A stretch of DNA of 42,115 nucleotides from Phoronis australis (taxonomy: Eukaryota > Animalia > Phoronida): positions 145,978 through 188,092 of the forward strand of contig NMRA01000170.1 in assembly GCA_002633005.1 (NCBI GenBank), given 5' to 3'. Each line of letters begins with the position of its first letter. The stretch's first letter is position 1. This document shows positions 39,133-42,115 of this stretch, one piece after another. The position numbers and the translations under genes were made by a program. A model generated the notes under the pieces. That model had not been told where the DNA came from. It was given only the letters and a program-made list of their open reading frames with translations, and did no database searches.

Positions 39133-39809
39133 ATTACCAGAGATTATCATTTTTTATTTACTTATGTTTAGTCAGTATTTATTATTTGTAATTGCATTAG
39201 TCATAATAAATGACCTTATATCCCCTACTTCGGTCTTCTTTTAGTCTCTGATAACGAGCTTGTGACGCACGTATCATTTATATATTATTCGGGACATATG
39301 TCGATTATAAATGGTATTTCACTTGTTAAATATATTTATATGAGCATATGGACCCGTCTTACTCCTTTTCCCCCTCATTTCGGTCTAGTCCACTATATCA
39401 CTTGTGTAGGACTACACGTCGTTTTCCCAACCTTCTAATTGGTCTATTGTTATCACGTGCCCGAGTTTGGTCAACTCTTGGCTCTAATAGGCTGATGATT
39501 GACACGTGTCCTTAGGCTATCTCTTTGTTATTGTAATCTCGTGTTTCAGTTGACCTTCTTTGTTCCAGGCACATTGACGCGTGTTCTAAAACTTGTTAAT
39601 TTTTTCCCACCCCCTACCATCCTCCTTTTCGACATTTTCTCGTACCTCACGTGGCCGCGGGGAGCTTCTTTATTTCCCATCTTACCAGATATTATCATTT
39701 TTATTTTACTTATGTTTATTCACTATCTGTTACTTGCAATTGCATTAGTCATAACAAATGACCTAATATTCCCTACCTCGGTCTCCTTTTCATCTCTGGT
39801 AACAAGCTT
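39133..39809. repeat. Dispersed direct repeat pair of ~130 bp (39133-39261 and 39682-39809)
   Basis: ttaccaga.attatcatttt...ttacttatgttta...aattgcattagtcataa.aaatgacct...tcggtct...taac.agctt occurs in both. Confidence 0.8.
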
Positions 39810-40083
39810 CTGAAAATGACAAGGAATGCAAGGTACAAAAATATACAACTATAGCCATTAAAAACTACATCGCTGGTTTCACTGTCAAACTATTGGTCTC
39901 GTCGCAATACTGAGTTGAAGAGAAAATAAGGACGATGGAACAGTGTGGCGCGAGACAAAGAAATCACGTGAAATAAAAAAAAAACAATAGCGGGAGACCA
40001 AAAGGGTGACTGACCAAAAAATCAAAACGATATGATAATGACAACAAAGCAGTATAGCTTATATAAAATAATTTAATATAAAA

Positions 40084-40160
40084 AGATTATTACATGGTGA
40101 AGTCGTTATCCCCCGTTATCTAGAGCCTGAGTGGATTTTGGAGAATTATCGCCCGAGGGC
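40084..40160 (+). mobile_element. Isolated terminal fragment of the hairpin-TIR element family
   Basis: agattattacatggtgaagtcgttatcccccgttatctagagcctgagtggattttggagaattatc matches the TIR start. Confidence 0.8.
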
Positions 40161-40964
40161 CCGTGTATTCTTTGAAATAAAACATTTTTTCATTTTCTAA
40201 CATAGCAATTTGTAAAGGTTATGTAAGCGTAATACCTTTTGGTCATTTTAATACTATTGCAAATAAAAGTAAAACGGCATAATGGTCAAATGACAAGATT
40301 TATCATAATCTATTTTGCCCGGGGTACGCCATGAGCTATGTTGCAAGAGGAGGATTGCGAATAATGTCATTTATTATGACGTAAATAGATGAAATTAAAT
40401 AAGAATCTGCAAGATGGGCATGGACAAAACGTTCACCGGCGTGTACAATGAATAGCTCTGAAAGAGGGAACCAAAACAAAAAAAACTGCCTGAAGGGCCT
40501 AAAGGAAAAGTACAGAACATGAACACAAAACTTGAAAACACCTAACAGGAGGTGCATATGAGAAAAGAAAAAAGTGGAAGCGACACCCGGGATGGGGGGA
40601 TGCAGAAAACGAAAGTAGGTCTTGTAGACGACGAGGTAGGTGGCTGAATGAGAGAGACCACATTGAATTGAACAAAGGAAATATGGGCGACCAATATCAG
40701 GTGTCGCATAGAGAAATGTATGAATACAAAAGTAGGCCCTTGAGGCTATAAATAGAGATGAGTAATGAAAAATAAACCCTAAGTGTTGATATCAAAATAA
40801 TGACGATAAATGCATTGAACAAGTTAAATTTAATTTATTTTCCACGAGTTGGTCTTTGTCCAAGTAGGCTGCAATATGCCCGGCTTCATTTAACACTGAA
40901 GATACTACAATGAAAATCTACGACATTTACTAAGAACTTGATTGAATGCGGTTTGCCTAGTTAA

Positions 40965-41474
40965 GGTTGTGTGGGAACCAAGAAAAAATGTCCAAATTTG
41001 GCTAACCTCGGGAAATCCGCATCTCAGAAATGGTTGATGGGATGCATGAAACTTCAACATACTACGATTTATGCCCTGTTCTCTCACTTTGGGATTGTTT
41101 TTTAAGATGTTCCACTACTACATGAAGGGCTAACCAAAATAAGATGCTTATGTTTTCATGAAATAACCACAAGTTGCATCTACGCAAACCAAAAGTTATT
41201 TTAGAAATGTAGCAGCGATTTTGAGACTTCATTTTGAACGTTCATATCGTCAAATCCAAAATGAAATTTGGGCACGTTAGTAATACTGATGTTTTGCACT
41301 GGATGTGCCTTTCTTTTTCATGAGACCCAATTTAAACAGATTGGTATCAAGTTAAAAATCAAAGTCTATAGGTTTTCTGCTTTCATAAAATGTATACATT
41401 CACAAAGTTAATTTTTACAGTTTTGTCGACATTCGGATCAATTTACAGACTTGTGGACAACATGATACGTAACC
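40965..41474. mobile_element. Possible TTAA-flanked non-autonomous element (Kolobok-like MITE)
   Basis: TTAA|GGTTGTGT ... ACGTAACC|TTAA; only a short imperfect inverted match. Confidence 0.35.
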
Positions 41475-42115
41475 TTAATTACAACAGTGGTAAAACATTT
41501 CAGTGTGACGCACAGTTGTTATGACTATACTAAGAATACGAACTATTAAGTCGGATTTTGGCTTACTATAGAAAAATGCTGTTCCGCCCGTGGGCCCGAA
41601 AATCGGACAGCAAAGGTCAAACTCAGGTAAAAACCGGCATGGGTGCCGTGGACGCTGAAACCATGAAACGTAAGATCACGCAAATTTTCACGAGATATCG
41701 CCATGCATTACAAGGGAGGCACGTGATCACGTTAGCTTTCTCTGCGAGATTGGTGCTCATACGGAACTCAACTCCGGCCGTTTTCAGTAGCATTCGTGTC
41801 AGTAAAACTCGACATTAACTTGCTTGTGTTTTTTTAAATTTTGGTGTAGTTTTTAAAGGCGAAGGCAACCCTTTTTCATGTCATTTTTAGCAAAAATAGG
41901 GTTCGTTGATTATCCCAGACATATTTTTCACTTATTTACAGCTTTTCGTAATTTAATTAATGACTCGTCGTCTACTCCGGAAGTGACGTTTTGGGAGGCA
42001 AGAATTTCGCGCCAATTTCTTTTCATACAGTCTGACTGTGAGAGCAGTCGAGTCAGTCATTGTTCTACCTCGGTTGTGATAAGTTCGGTCGTCGTTTGCT
42101 TTTGTTTACGAGTCA

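Noticed and set aside
39499-39813. Hydrophobic 104 aa ORF
   Set aside because: T-rich repeat-derived sequence; the paired repeat copy does not keep the frame.
32477-42115. Downstream serine protease or further receptor exons for the LDLa gene
   Set aside because: No IVGG, TAAHC, GDSGGP or YWTD motifs seen, and the LDLa exon ends in a stop conserved in both copies.

Overview
AT-rich, intron-containing eukaryotic (invertebrate metazoan-like) genomic DNA; no prokaryotic features. Two spliced + strand genes can be assembled by hand with phase-compatible splice sites. (1) A synaptotagmin-15-like gene (TM exon 2027-2201, then six exons to the stop at 16489), with a probable GC-AG intron. (2) A three-exon gene (27245-32476, ~345 aa) encoding a type II-like membrane protein with five LDL-receptor class A repeats in a single exon and no protease domain, followed by a diverged, 5'-truncated tandem copy of its 3' part. 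A ~4.8 kb block (16321-21092) is repeated straight after the single N at 21954 (21955-26775), most likely two uncollapsed haplotypes. The copies diverge at a TTAA, where copy 1 continues into a degenerate THAP-domain (Kolobok-like) sequence. A complete but decayed 5.2 kb Academ-type DNA transposon (33539-38755, TTA target duplication) interrupts the 3' flank of the LDLa duplicate. The rest contains MITE-like foldback elements (one with self-hairpinning terminal repeats), a SINE-like fragment, microsatellites and short tandem duplications. All calls come from manual reading; no database search was run.
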